A stretch of DNA of 64,000 nucleotides, from NCBI GenBank assembly GCA_045596285.1, contig JAZOCA010000025.1:30613-94612 (forward strand), read 5' to 3'. Origin of the DNA: Christensenellaceae bacterium. Lineage in GTDB: Bacteria; Bacillota; Clostridia; Christensenellales; Borkfalkiaceae. Shown piece by piece: positions 45,120-54,939 of this stretch. The notes beneath the pieces were generated by a model, which was not told where the DNA came from, ran no database searches, and saw only the letters and a list, made by a program, of their open reading frames with translations. Positions within the stretch are counted from its first letter, which is position 1; each line of letters begins with the position of its first letter. A program made the position numbers and the translations under genes.

Positions 45120-45974
45120 ATGTTAATAAATTTTAACCTGCCTAAACTTAATAAACTTCTTGCCGATTTTTATACGCTTACCGGTATGACTATAAGCGTT
45201 TGGGATGCAAATTTTAATCAACTTTCTTACTATCCGTTAGAAATGCAACCCTTTTGTAATATGATAAAACAATCTAAGATCGGCAAAAAAAGATGTTTTG
45301 AATGTGATAAAAATCTTTGCGCCGAATGCGTTAAAACAAATAGTCCCGTTACTCACTACTGCCATACTGGGCTTATAGATACTGCGCTACCCATCAAATT
45401 TAAAGATAACGTTTTAGGCTACGTTATGTTTGGGCAAGTTTTGGAAAAACAGGATAATAACGCTTCTTCGCGTATAAAAAAACTTTGCAAAGAACTTAAA
45501 TTAGATTACAATATCCTTTTTGAAAACTACTGCAAACTAAAAATCTACGATAGGCAAAAAATTGCATCCGCAGGCAATATTTTGATTACCGCAACACGCA
45601 ATTTGTGGCTTTCTGACTACGTTGAAATCGGCTACAATACCTTAGCTTCTAAAATAAACGACTATATTCGCAAAAATCTTTCTGGTGACCTTTCTTTACA
45701 AGCAATTTGCTTAGCAATCGGTGTTTCTAAAAATAAACTGTATGAAGTTACGCACGAACAGTTTGGTTGCACTATCGGTCAACAAGTTTCTAAAATTCGC
45801 ATTGATGAAGCAAAAAAACTTCTTTCTACCACAGATTACCCTATAAGCGAAGTAAGCGATTTAGTAGGTATGACGGATTACAACTATTTTACTAAGTTTT
45901 TTAAATTACACACAGGCACTACCCCGCTTAAGTATCGAAAGCAGTTTCCTTTTAGTTTGCACGATTACGTATAA
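45120..45974 (+). CDS. AraC family regulator with an N-terminal PocR sensory domain
   Basis: 284 aa. The PocR-like block is CFECDKNLCAECVKTNSPVTHYCHTGLIDTALPIKFKDNVLGYVMFGQ, followed by a C-terminal AraC double HTH. It is divergent from the isomerase operon. Confidence 0.8.
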   Translation: MLINFNLPKLNKLLADFYTLTGMTISVWDANFNQLSYYPLEMQPFCNMIKQSKIGKKRCFECDKNLCAECVKTNSPVTHYCHTGLIDTALPIKFKDNVLGYVMFGQVLEKQDNNASSRIKKLCKELKLDYNILFENYCKLKIYDRQKIASAGNILITATRNLWLSDYVEIGYNTLASKINDYIRKNLSGDLSLQAICLAIGVSKNKLYEVTHEQFGCTIGQQVSKIRIDEAKKLLSTTDYPISEVSDLVGMTDYNYFTKFFKLHTGTTPLKYRKQFPFSLHDYV

Positions 45975-46118
45975 ATCAAAAAATAATAACTTTAGTTGAA
46001 AGTGCTAGCAAAAAAGACCTGATGAAGAAACATTAGGCCTTTTTATATTACGAATAATTTATGAATTTGAAAATAAAAAACCGTGGAAAATCCACGGCTT
46101 TATTCTATTAAATATCTA

Positions 46119-46760
46119 TTATTTACCTGAACAAATTTCAAGTGCTACGTCTGCAGCAGAAGCAGCGTCTGGAGTGTAGTAATCTGCACCGATACTATCA
46201 CAGAATGATTGAGTAATAGGCGCGCCACCGATCATAATCTTAACGCTTTCTCTAATGCCTTCTTTTTCTGCTTTTTCAACAACTGATTTCATTTCCATCA
46301 TAGTGGTGGTTAAAAGCGCTGAACAACAAATAATTTGAGCATTGTGTTCTTTTGCCTTTTCAACAAAAGTATCAGCAGAAACGTCTACGCCAAGATCGAT
46401 AACGGTTAAGCCCTTGCCTTCAAGCATCATTTTAACAAGGTTTTTACCAATGTCGTGTAAATCGCCTTTTACAGTACCTATAACGGCAACACCTTTAGCG
46501 GTTACACCGCTTGCAACTAAATATGGGCGTAAAACTTCAACACCTGCGTTCATAGCGCGTGCAGCAACTAAAACTTCGGGTACGAAAACTTCATTTCTTT
46601 TAAACTTTTCGCCAACAACGCCCATTGCAGCAAGCAAGCCTTCTTCTAAAATAACCTTAGGTTCAACACCTTCTTCAATTGCCTGAGCAACAAGTTCTTT
46701 AACCTTAGGTGCTCTACCGCGCTGTAAAAATGCGCTAATATCTTCTAAAATAACACTCAT
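46119..46760 (-). CDS. Corrinoid (B12)-binding protein, MtaC/MtbC/MtvC-like
   Basis: 213 aa with an N-terminal helical cap and a Rossmann-like B12 domain carrying the D-x-H-x-x-G motif (GDLHDIGKNLV). Confidence 0.88.
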   Translation of the reverse strand: MSVILEDISAFLQRGRAPKVKELVAQAIEEGVEPKVILEEGLLAAMGVVGEKFKRNEVFVPEVLVAARAMNAGVEVLRPYLVASGVTAKGVAVIGTVKGDLHDIGKNLVKMMLEGKGLTVIDLGVDVSADTFVEKAKEHNAQIICCSALLTTTMMEMKSVVEKAEKEGIRESVKIMIGGAPITQSFCDSIGADYYTPDAASAADVALEICSGK

Positions 46761-46867
46761 ATCTTACTCCTTAATTTTTTGGGCGCATACGCACCCGTTT
46801 GTATTTTTTACCTTTTAATTATAACATTTTTTATTTAAACCGAGTAAAAAAATATTATTCTTTTTAA

Positions 46868-46966
46868 AAAAATATTCTCTTATTTATTATAACCTTTTTG
46901 CAAAAATATTCTTTTATTTATTATAACCTTTTCGCAAAAATATTCTTTTATTTATTATAATTATAG
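46868..46966. repeat. 2.8 tandem copies of a 34-bp AT-rich direct repeat upstream of the corrinoid-protein gene
   Basis: The unit is AAAAATATTCT(C/T)TTATTTATTATAACCTTTT(T/C)GC, at 46868-46901 and 46902-35, with a partial copy at 46936-66. Each unit carries TATAAT on the minus strand. Confidence 0.85.
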
Positions 46967-46968
46967 TA

Positions 46969-46993
46969 GATAATCGACCTATACGGCCACTTC
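46969..46993 (-). repeat. Family A motif, copy k, overlapping the last codons and stop of the DUF2284 gene
   Basis: The reverse complement reads GAAGTGGCCGTATAGGTCGATTATC. GAA GTG GCC GTA TAG supplies the residues ...EVAV and the stop codon. Confidence 0.7.
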
Positions 46994-47521
46994 ATTAAAT
47001 AAAATTACAGAAAAATATGTAACCGTGTTAACGGCGTTCTTATAATTAATATTGCAATCTTTTGCAAGGTCAACAACGCTTATGCCGTTTGCTTCAACCG
47101 AAGAACGCGCCTTTTGGGGAAATCTGCAAGGAGCGTTTGGATAGGTGCATTCCTTACATAAACCACAACCTTCTGCCGATAGAATTCTTATTTTTTCGCC
47201 TTCAAAAAGCAAGGCTACCTGGTCTGTTATTTTTTCATGCACAATTCTGCCTGCATTCATTCCTTCAATATCAAAAGAATCTTCCAAGGGGTGGCAAGTT
47301 GTAAAAACCAACCCTTTTTCGTACTGCAAACATTTTTGCTTAAGTTCTTCGCGCGTGCCAACCCCTGGCGGGCATTGCCACGTTTTATTGTACATACCGC
47401 AATAATTCATTGCGCATGCTTCTAAAACGTAATCCCTAAAGGGAATATCCTTAGAGTTTACAACGGCATATTCATGCACTAATTTTGCAACTTTTTCTAA
47501 TATATCTCTTTGCATATTCAC
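46979..47521 (-). CDS. DUF2284-type Cys-rich metal-binding protein
   Basis: 180 aa. The Cys pattern is CAMNYCGMYNKTWQCPP...CGLCKECTYPNAPC. Proteins of this kind are commonly adjacent to corrinoid methyltransferase genes. Confidence 0.6.
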   Translation of the reverse strand: MNMQRDILEKVAKLVHEYAVVNSKDIPFRDYVLEACAMNYCGMYNKTWQCPPGVGTREELKQKCLQYEKGLVFTTCHPLEDSFDIEGMNAGRIVHEKITDQVALLFEGEKIRILSAEGCGLCKECTYPNAPCRFPQKARSSVEANGISVVDLAKDCNINYKNAVNTVTYFSVILFNEVAV

Positions 47522-49024
47522 CTAAAACATCATATTTTCTACGTATTTATCTTGAAAAACTTTTGAAAAAGAAAGTTCTACTATTTGCAAAGAATTCGCT
47601 ATATTTTGAACTTTTTCAAAGGCGTTATCATCAATTAAACAAAGTTTAACCCCTGAAAGAGAAGTATTGCCAACTACTTTAGCAACCTTTTGCAAATCTT
47701 TTGGCAAAAGCCCAACGTTGCAAGCGTTTTCTATATTCATATAAAAGCCAAGCCCACCTGCAATATAAAGACTTTGAATATCTTTTATATCCACGTCCTT
47801 TTCAATAAGCATAGTTTCTATGCCCGCGCAAATTGCAGACTTTGCAAGTTGAAATTGCCTTATATCTTTTTGCGAAAGATATATGTCTTCGGTTAGGTAA
47901 AATCTATCATCTTTCAAAGCGCTTATAAACCTACTTTCACTATCGTAATTAAACGCTCCCGTTTCATCAATAATATCTTCGCTACGCAGTAACGCGATTA
48001 AATCTATTAGTCCGCTACCGCAAATTCCAACCGGTTTTTTATCTTCAATAGTGCTAAAAGAAATTGCGTCATTTTTAATAAAAAACCCGTCTATAGCACC
48101 GTTAACGCCACCTATACCACATTCTATACAAGCACCTTCTAACGCTGGGCCGGCTGCGGTTGAAGTTGCGTAAAGCACACCGTTTTTAGCCAAAACTATC
48201 TCTCCGTTAGTGCCTACGTCTACAAGAATAGAAATTTGTTTTTTATCACTTTGATCCAAAGCCAAAACCCCAGCCGTTATATCGCTACCAACGTATGCTG
48301 AAGCAGAAGCTAATAAGCACACCTTTTCTACAGGCAACCCAAGTTCTTTTCCCGATAAAGTTTTACCGCAAGTAAACACGGGAGTAAAGGGATATTTTCC
48401 TATGCTTTCTGGGTTAACACCCAAAAATAAATGCAACATAGTGGTGTTTGCAGAAAGGTATAATTCTTTTACTTTTTCGCCGTTTGCAAGCAAATTAATA
48501 AGTTCTTTGGTTTTATCTATTATAAGAGATTGAAGTAAAGAAAGTTTTCCACTTTCACAGGCGTTTATTCTGCTTAAAACGTCCGCTCCGCAAACGGACT
48601 GAGGATTAAGCGCGGAAATCTTTTTAAGAGTTTTACCACTTTGTAAATCCACCAAACAAGCGCCCAACGTAGTAGTTCCTATATCTAAAGCAACGCCAAG
48701 CCCTTCTTTTGCTCCCTTAAAAACTTCATTACTACCTTTTTCTTCTTCAAACTGAGTAAGTCCACCGCCCGACTGCTGATTAAAATAAACGGTTACGTCT
48801 TCTTTAATTTTAGCCTTACAAGAAAGAATGAATCCGTTTTCATCTGGAATTTGCCCTTCTACTTCACCGCTAATAAGTTTTACTTTACACTTACCGCAAG
48901 TGCCTTTACCTCCACAAGAAGCAGGAAGGTAATAGTTGGCTAAGGCAAGCGCATCTGAAAGCGTTTGCCCTTTTTTGCAAACTATTGTATCACGTTTTGG
49001 TAAAAGTGTAATTTTATATTCCAT
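47522..49024 (-). CDS. Reductive activator of corrinoid enzymes (RamA/AcsV-like; 2Fe-2S ferredoxin plus ASKHA ATPase)
   Basis: 500 aa with an N-terminal plant-type ferredoxin motif (SCGGKGTCGKCKV) and an ASKHA phosphate-1 motif (LGVALDIGTTT). Its stop abuts the DUF2284 start. Confidence 0.8.
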   Translation of the reverse strand: MEYKITLLPKRDTIVCKKGQTLSDALALANYYLPASCGGKGTCGKCKVKLISGEVEGQIPDENGFILSCKAKIKEDVTVYFNQQSGGGLTQFEEEKGSNEVFKGAKEGLGVALDIGTTTLGACLVDLQSGKTLKKISALNPQSVCGADVLSRINACESGKLSLLQSLIIDKTKELINLLANGEKVKELYLSANTTMLHLFLGVNPESIGKYPFTPVFTCGKTLSGKELGLPVEKVCLLASASAYVGSDITAGVLALDQSDKKQISILVDVGTNGEIVLAKNGVLYATSTAAGPALEGACIECGIGGVNGAIDGFFIKNDAISFSTIEDKKPVGICGSGLIDLIALLRSEDIIDETGAFNYDSESRFISALKDDRFYLTEDIYLSQKDIRQFQLAKSAICAGIETMLIEKDVDIKDIQSLYIAGGLGFYMNIENACNVGLLPKDLQKVAKVVGNTSLSGVKLCLIDDNAFEKVQNIANSLQIVELSFSKVFQDKYVENMMF

Positions 49025-49080
49025 GGTAAATTTCCGTTAATAATTTATAACTGTAAGCGTATATTGCAAGCAAGGGCAAG

Positions 49081-50091
49081 TTATTTATTTTGATTATAAT
49101 ATTCGTCAACCGCTTCAAAAAAGGCTTCGATATTAGCCCAAGGGCTTGCAGGGGGAATATCGCAACCAGAAGAAATTACGAAGTTAGAGTAGCTGCAACA
49201 TTCATTCATAATTTCCGTAGTTGAATCTTTAACAGATTGTGGATTACCGTTGCAAATTTGACCTGCGGGATCTACGTTACCCATAACCACCCTATCTTTT
49301 GGCATTTTTTCAAGCATATCACGCATTTTAACTGAATTACCAAAGTGATAAGCGGCCGAGCCGGTTCTTAAAATAGAATCCGTCATTAATAAAATATTAT
49401 CCCCACAGTTGTGGTAAACAACCAAGAAATCATCCGTTTGAACTGCATCTACAATGCGTTTAACGTAAGTTTCTGAAAATTCTTCAACTAAAGAAGGCGA
49501 AAGCATCCCCGCAAGAGGTTCTGCCATAAACACGCCGTTTGCGCCAACTTTTTTGTATTCGTTAATATATTCAATAATAAAGTCGGTAACCTTTTGAAGC
49601 ACAACGTGCACCATATCGGGATCAACGTAGCAGTTAATCATGGCTTCGCTAACGTCCATAAGTCTGCCAGCCAAAGAGAAAGGACCTATAACGCCTGCGA
49701 AAACAGGTCTATCTGTAATAAGTTCTTTAGCCTTCTTAATGGCTTCGACGTATATAGGGCAACGGCCTGCGTTAACAGAAGGAATTTCAAGTGCTTCTGC
49801 TTCTTCTAAGGAAGTAACCAAAGCGCCAACTACGGTTGGAACTTCGTCATCTGAAAAACGAACTTGAGCGCCAAAAGCTTGCGCTTCAACAGATAAGTCC
49901 ATCATACTAACTGACGCCAAAGTATCGTGTTTTTTTGCAATAAGACTCATGCCCTTTGCCTGCAAATCACTATTTGCAGTAATTTCTTTAACGCTTACGC
50001 CTAAAAGGCTAACGCTTGGGAAAGAAAGTACGGGCATAGGTTTTTTAATTTTACTATTTTTAACTTCTTCAAGCCAAAGTTTCATATTCAT
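49081..50091 (-). CDS. MtaA/CmuA-family (URO-D-like) corrinoid methyltransferase
   Basis: I set the start at MNMKLWLEEV (50091), which has AGGAGAG upstream. The URO-D-like TIM-barrel pattern includes PFSLAGRLM, VYHNCGD and ISSGCDIPP. Confidence 0.7.
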   Translation of the reverse strand: MNMKLWLEEVKNSKIKKPMPVLSFPSVSLLGVSVKEITANSDLQAKGMSLIAKKHDTLASVSMMDLSVEAQAFGAQVRFSDDEVPTVVGALVTSLEEAEALEIPSVNAGRCPIYVEAIKKAKELITDRPVFAGVIGPFSLAGRLMDVSEAMINCYVDPDMVHVVLQKVTDFIIEYINEYKKVGANGVFMAEPLAGMLSPSLVEEFSETYVKRIVDAVQTDDFLVVYHNCGDNILLMTDSILRTGSAAYHFGNSVKMRDMLEKMPKDRVVMGNVDPAGQICNGNPQSVKDSTTEIMNECCSYSNFVISSGCDIPPASPWANIEAFFEAVDEYYNQNK

Positions 50092-50127
50092 AACGAAATC
50101 TCTCCTGAAATACAATTTATATATTTT

Positions 50128-51258
50128 TTATACAGTAGTGGCGATTTTTTCGCGGAATTCTTTTGGAGAAAGCCCCGTTTCAGCCTTAAACTGTTTTGTA
50201 AAATAACTTTGATTTTCAAACCCCGTGAGAGTTGCTATTTGTGCAATAGATAACGAACCGTCGCGAAGCAAAGTCTTGCTTCTATTTACGCGGAACTTGT
50301 TAACGTAAACGGAAATACTCACACCCATTTCTTCATTGAAAATCTTGCTTACGTGCGATTTACTCATATACACGAAGTCCGCAATATCATCTAGGGTTAT
50401 TTTTTTCATATAATTACTGCGAATATACCCTATAATTTTATGCAAAGTTACGCTGTGGCGAATATCCTTAAATTCAAAAACGTAACTAACGAAACGGTTA
50501 ATAACGCTTGAAAGCCAAACGCCTAACTTTTCAACGGTGTTAAACTTTTCTATTTCTTTTATAAAACTGTTGTTAAGTAAGAAAATATGTTCAGTATCTG
50601 CACCGCCTTCTATTGCAGAGCGGGAAAGAAGCACCACAAGCTCTAACGCGCGCGCCTTTATAATTGAAAAATCTCCGTTTGAACGGAAGAAAATTTCACC
50701 TAAAAGCCTGTTAAGGTACTCCTTAGCGTTCTTTTCATCCCCCTGAGTTATTGCTTCTTGAAGTTTTTTTTCTAACTTCATGGGATACTCTTCGTGCTTG
50801 GGTAAAATTTCCAACTCTTTATAAATTGAGTTAAGGAAATCGCCAACTTCTTCCATTTCTTGCGGTTTTTCGTTTGAAGAAAACAACGCACTTGCAACTT
50901 CCGCAAGGTCGTTTACCTTGCCGGTTTCCATTCTTGGCAAATTATACGTTTGCTGATCTTCTTCGTATTCCCCCATAAGCACAGGCCCTAAAACGACGGC
51001 CGAAACAAGTATTCCGTATTCGTCGAAAATAGGAACGGAAACAAAAATAAAATCCATCGGACAGTAATAAATATACCTATTATCCCAACGCGCAGATTCG
51101 TAAGAAGCGTAAAGATGGGTATTTTTATAATCGCATTTTTTAGGGCAGTTAGCGCAAAAAGTGGAATTGAAACTTTCAAACGTTTTAAGTTTAACGTCAA
51201 ACACGTTTGCGTTTACGCCCGTAAGCGAAGCAAAATGTTTTATTTTTTTCTCTTGCAT
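50128..51258 (-). CDS. AraC family regulator with a PocR sensory domain; first gene of the corrinoid operon
   Basis: 376 aa with an N-terminal Cys-rich PocR-like segment (FCANCPKKCDYKNTHLYASYESARWDNRYIYYCPMDFIFVSVPIF) and a C-terminal AraC HTH pair. Confidence 0.78.
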   Translation of the reverse strand: MQEKKIKHFASLTGVNANVFDVKLKTFESFNSTFCANCPKKCDYKNTHLYASYESARWDNRYIYYCPMDFIFVSVPIFDEYGILVSAVVLGPVLMGEYEEDQQTYNLPRMETGKVNDLAEVASALFSSNEKPQEMEEVGDFLNSIYKELEILPKHEEYPMKLEKKLQEAITQGDEKNAKEYLNRLLGEIFFRSNGDFSIIKARALELVVLLSRSAIEGGADTEHIFLLNNSFIKEIEKFNTVEKLGVWLSSVINRFVSYVFEFKDIRHSVTLHKIIGYIRSNYMKKITLDDIADFVYMSKSHVSKIFNEEMGVSISVYVNKFRVNRSKTLLRDGSLSIAQIATLTGFENQSYFTKQFKAETGLSPKEFREKIATTV

Positions 51259-51596
51259 TACTACCCCCCTATTTGAAATTTTTTTTGTTAATGATAAAAC
51301 AAGGATTTACCCTATTTTTTACTTAAGTTAATTGTAACATACTTTTTGCAAAAATAATATAAAAATATCATTTTTTTTAGAAAAAAATTCTTTATTCGCT
51401 TTGTATAAGCAAAAAAGAAGTTAAATACAACACTACCCCTAAAAAAAGAAGACGGCATAGAAGTAAGGATAAATATTGATTTTGCTACTAATATAATTTT
51501 AACGAAAGCAATAAGAGCCTATTAATCGAAAACACAAAGACCGATGGGATGATCTCTTAAATAAAAAACACTTTGCATGATGAAGCCCAAACATGT

Positions 51597-51672
51597 TTGA
51601 ATGAAATCAAATACGCCTATCTATAACCTTGTAAGGCAAGATTTCATCCGCCTATAGTGGATTTATGCCGTC
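51597..51672 (+). repeat. Dispersed hairpin module (family B), copy 1
   Basis: GAATGAAATCAAATACGCCTATCTATAACC...GATTTCATCCGCCTATAGTGGATTTATGCCG aligns by eye at about 75% identity with 57624..57712. Confidence 0.65.
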
Positions 51673-51802
51673 GCAAGAAAATTTAATTAAAAACGTTAAG
51701 TAATAACTTGTCGTTTTTTTGTTCAATATAAAACTCGTTGATGCAATGGCCCGTCTAGATGAATTACTATGCACAATTGTTGCCGTTTTTGCTTGTAACC
51801 AA

Positions 51803-51831
51803 TTGAAAAATTTATAAAAATATGGTATAAT
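51803..51831 (+). promoter_or_regulatory. Candidate sigma-A promoter of the Crp/Fnr gene
   Basis: TTGAAA-17 nt-TATAAT with an extended -10 TG. Confidence 0.55.
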
Positions 51832-51862
51832 ACGAAAAAGTCATTTGAAAGGAGTAGAATCC

Positions 51863-52528
51863 ATGCCGCTTGAAAAATTCTACGAAACCTATTTTCCATT
51901 CTGGAGCGTGCTTACCGATGCAGATAAGCAGCTACTGTGCGAAAATACGGCAGAAAAGCACTTTGATCGTTCTCAGCCCGTCCACGACAATATGGGTTGC
52001 ACCGGACTTTTTATTGTGCGCTCGGGCAAGCTTCGTCTCTATATACTTTCCGAAGACGGAAAGGAGATTACACTCTATCGCCTCTCGCCAGGTGACATAT
52101 GTATGCTTTCGGCTTCCTGCGTTTTGCAGAGCGTTACCTTCGACGTATATGTAGACGCAGAGGAGAAGACCAACTGTTATCATATCAGTGCATCTGCCTT
52201 TAGCGACGTCAGCAACCGCTATCTTGAAGTAAAAAATTACGCTTTGGAAACCGCCGTTAGCCGGTTTTCCGATGTCATGTGGATTATGCAACAGGTCGTT
52301 TTTATGAGCATGGACAAACGACTTGCTATCTTCCTTCTTGAAGAAGCCCAATCGAATGACACGGGAAGCGTGAATATGACGCACGAAACCATAGCACGTC
52401 ACCTTGGAACTGCCCGCGAGGTGATTACGAGGATGCTAAAGCACCTTGCCGCTGACGGCGTAATTGAGGTCACTAGAAAGGGCATCCTGATTACAGACAA
52501 AAAGAAACTGCGGAGCATTGCCTATTGA
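51863..52528 (+). CDS. Crp/Fnr family transcriptional regulator
   Basis: The cNMP-binding-like barrel (GLFIVRSGKLRLY..SEDGKEITLYRLSPGD) is followed by a C-terminal HTH (THETIARHLGTAREVITRMLKHL). I set the start at the ATG at 51863, which has AAGGAG 8 nt upstream. The track uses a TTG at 51845. Confidence 0.85.
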   Translation: MPLEKFYETYFPFWSVLTDADKQLLCENTAEKHFDRSQPVHDNMGCTGLFIVRSGKLRLYILSEDGKEITLYRLSPGDICMLSASCVLQSVTFDVYVDAEEKTNCYHISASAFSDVSNRYLEVKNYALETAVSRFSDVMWIMQQVVFMSMDKRLAIFLLEEAQSNDTGSVNMTHETIARHLGTAREVITRMLKHLAADGVIEVTRKGILITDKKKLRSIAY

Positions 52529-52544
52529 CTTTGCCCCGCAGGTA

Positions 52545-52940
52545 TTATTCTGTTACCGTTCCGTATTTCCAATCGTTGATACCGCCGAACTCTTTAACAT
52601 TAGTATAGCCTAACGCCGCAAGCTCATTTGCGGCGTTTTTACTTCTCCTTCCGCTTCGACAATAGACGAGGATCAGTTGATCTTTATTTGTTAGAACTTT
52701 CTCGGCTTTCTCTGCGATCTCATAATCGGGAATCAAGATAGCTCCTTCAATATGTCCCTCGGCAAACTCCTCTGGAGTTCGCACGTCTAAAATGACGTAT
52801 CCTTCCTCGCTTTCCATAATCTCTTTTGCTTCGGCAGGAGTGATCTGTTCATAAGCTCTTTTATTATTACCGTTGCACGCTACAAATAGAGTAACGAGCA
52901 TTAACGCAACCGATACTACAATTATAATGCGTTTCATCAT
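52545..52940 (-). CDS. Rhodanese-domain lipoprotein (exported sulfurtransferase)
   Basis: 131 aa with lipobox LFVAC and the active-site loop YCRSGRRS. Confidence 0.8.
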   Translation of the reverse strand: MMKRIIIVVSVALMLVTLFVACNGNNKRAYEQITPAEAKEIMESEEGYVILDVRTPEEFAEGHIEGAILIPDYEIAEKAEKVLTNKDQLILVYCRSGRRSKNAANELAALGYTNVKEFGGINDWKYGTVTE

Positions 52941-53239
52941 ACAAGCTCCGCAAGAATAGCAGCTTTGGGTTTTGCTCCGACGATTCTTGTTTTTTCTTTT
53001 CCGTCCTTAAAAACGATCAGCGTAGGAATACTCATCACACCATATTTTATAGCAAGGGCGTTTTCATCGTCTACGTTCACCTTACCAACGGTAATATCAC
53101 TTCTTTGCTCGGCAATCTCGTCCACGATGGGAGAAATCATACGGCAAGGACCGCACCAATCGGCGTAAAAATCCACGAGAGCCGTACCTCTTTCGATTGC
53201 GTTATTAAAATTATATTGATGTAGTTTTTGTACTGACAT
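52937..53239 (-). CDS. trxA: Thioredoxin
   Basis: 100 aa with the WCGPC active site. It overlaps the rhodanese gene by 4 nt. Confidence 0.9.
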   Translation of the reverse strand: MSVQKLHQYNFNNAIERGTALVDFYADWCGPCRMISPIVDEIAEQRSDITVGKVNVDDENALAIKYGVMSIPTLIVFKDGKEKTRIVGAKPKAAILAELV

Positions 53240-53256
53240 AAGATATATCTCCTTTT

Positions 53257-54939
53257 TTATTTACATTCGGTGCAGATGTACTCGGGCACCGTTTTTTCAT
53301 TTATGACTGACTCGTACAGGCGCCATCCGCCTGCGAGATTGTAACATTCAAATCCGTTGCCAGCAAGGATGCGACAAGCGATATAGGAGCGCAAACCACT
53401 GTGACAATGCACGTACACGGGCTTTCCCTTGGGAATCTCTGCAATTCGGGAGCGTAGAGAATCAAGTGGAATGTGCATAAAGCCGTCGATTTTACCGCGT
53501 GCGACCTCGGTGTCGGTTCGGGTGTCAAGAAGGGTGACGCTATCGTCGCGAGGTAGCTTTTCTACGTCGTGCCAGAAGAATTGCCCTATTTTCCCCGTGA
53601 TGACGTTTTCAGCAACAAAACCCACCATATTTACGGGGTCTTTGGCAGAGCCAAAGGGCGGCGCATAACAAAGCTCGAACTGGGCAAGATCTGTTACCTT
53701 CGCACCGAGTCGTATCGCAGTAGCGATCACGTCCATACGCTTATCCACACCGTCAAAGCCCACGATTTGCGCACCGAGGATCTTGTGAGTTATTTTATCC
53801 CACAGCACTTTGACCGACATCATAGACGCTCCAGGATAGTAGGAAGCGTGGGACGCGGAATAGGTGTAAGTCTTATCGTAGTCATAACCTGCGGTAGTCG
53901 CGCTCTTTTCGTTGAGCCCCGTGGTAGCAATCGTCATATCAAAGAGCTTTAGCACCGACGAACCCTGTGTGCCCTTGTACTCTGAGGAAATACCGCAGAT
54001 ATTATCCGCCGCAATGCGTCCTTGCTTGTTGGCAGGACCCGCAAGCGGAATAAAGGAGGGCTCACCCGTTACAAAATTCTTGACGGTTACAGCATCACCC
54101 ACGGCGTAAACGTCGGGAGCACTCGTTTGCATTTTCTCATTCACAATGATACTGCCACGTTCGTTCGTTTCAATTCCGGCAGACTTTATAAAAGCGGTAT
54201 CGGGGCGAACGCCTACTGATAGAATAACCATATCCGTGTTAATCATGCCTCTGTTCAGCTCTACGGTCAAACCTTTTCCATTCTCCTGAATAGCTACAAC
54301 ACCGTTACCAAGTGCTAGCTTGATTCCTTTTGATTTGATATATCGGTGAACATCAGCGGCCATATCGAAATCAATGGGAGCGATAAGATGGTCAGATAAT
54401 TCAACAACGGTCACATTAAGTCCTGCGTTGGCAAGATTTTCAGCCATTTCCACGCCGATATATCCACCGCCGACAACCACCGCAGATTTCGGATGGTTAT
54501 CTTCTATATATTGCTTAATCTTAATAGTGTCGGGAATGTTGCGTAGTGTAAAAACCTTATCGCTATCGATTCCATCAATATTCGGACGAATGGGAGAAGC
54601 TCCCGGAGAAAGAACCAAGCTATCGTATTGCTCGGTGTATTCCTCACCTGTTTTTAGATCTCTAACCGTAACGGTCTTGTTTTCTGTGTCTATGGAAACC
54701 GCCTCATTGAATATGCGAACGTCGATATTGAAACGAGCCTTTAAACTTTCGGGTGTTTGCAGAGTGAGATTTGCCTTCTTAGTGATCTCACCACCAATAT
54801 AATAAGGAAGACCGCAGTTTGCAAAGGAAATGAATTCTCCGCGCTCCAATATAATGATCTCGGCTTTTTCGTTAAGCCGTCTGAGTCTTGCCGCGCAGGA
54901 CGCCCCGCCGGCCACGCCTCCTATGATTAACGTCTTCAT
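53257..54939 (-). CDS. CoA-disulfide reductase / NAD(P)H persulfide reductase with a C-terminal rhodanese domain (CoADR-RHD)
   Basis: FAD motif IIGGVAGGASCA, redox Cys SFANCGLPYYIGG, and C-terminal rhodanese loop HCHSGLRS. I set the start at MKTLIIGG (54939), with GGAGGTG upstream. Confidence 0.85.
   Translation of the reverse strand: MKTLIIGGVAGGASCAARLRRLNEKAEIIILERGEFISFANCGLPYYIGGEITKKANLTLQTPESLKARFNIDVRIFNEAVSIDTENKTVTVRDLKTGEEYTEQYDSLVLSPGASPIRPNIDGIDSDKVFTLRNIPDTIKIKQYIEDNHPKSAVVVGGGYIGVEMAENLANAGLNVTVVELSDHLIAPIDFDMAADVHRYIKSKGIKLALGNGVVAIQENGKGLTVELNRGMINTDMVILSVGVRPDTAFIKSAGIETNERGSIIVNEKMQTSAPDVYAVGDAVTVKNFVTGEPSFIPLAGPANKQGRIAADNICGISSEYKGTQGSSVLKLFDMTIATTGLNEKSATTAGYDYDKTYTYSASHASYYPGASMMSVKVLWDKITHKILGAQIVGFDGVDKRMDVIATAIRLGAKVTDLAQFELCYAPPFGSAKDPVNMVGFVAENVITGKIGQFFWHDVEKLPRDDSVTLLDTRTDTEVARGKIDGFMHIPLDSLRSRIAEIPKGKPVYVHCHSGLRSYIACRILAGNGFECYNLAGGWRLYESVINEKTVPEYICTECK

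Noticed and set aside
51450-51672. A MITE with terminal inverted repeats GACGGCATA / TATGCCGTC about 205 bp apart
   Set aside because: Only 9 bp are complementary. In a spacer of about 585 bp, roughly one such pair is expected by chance. There are no target-site duplications and no second copy.
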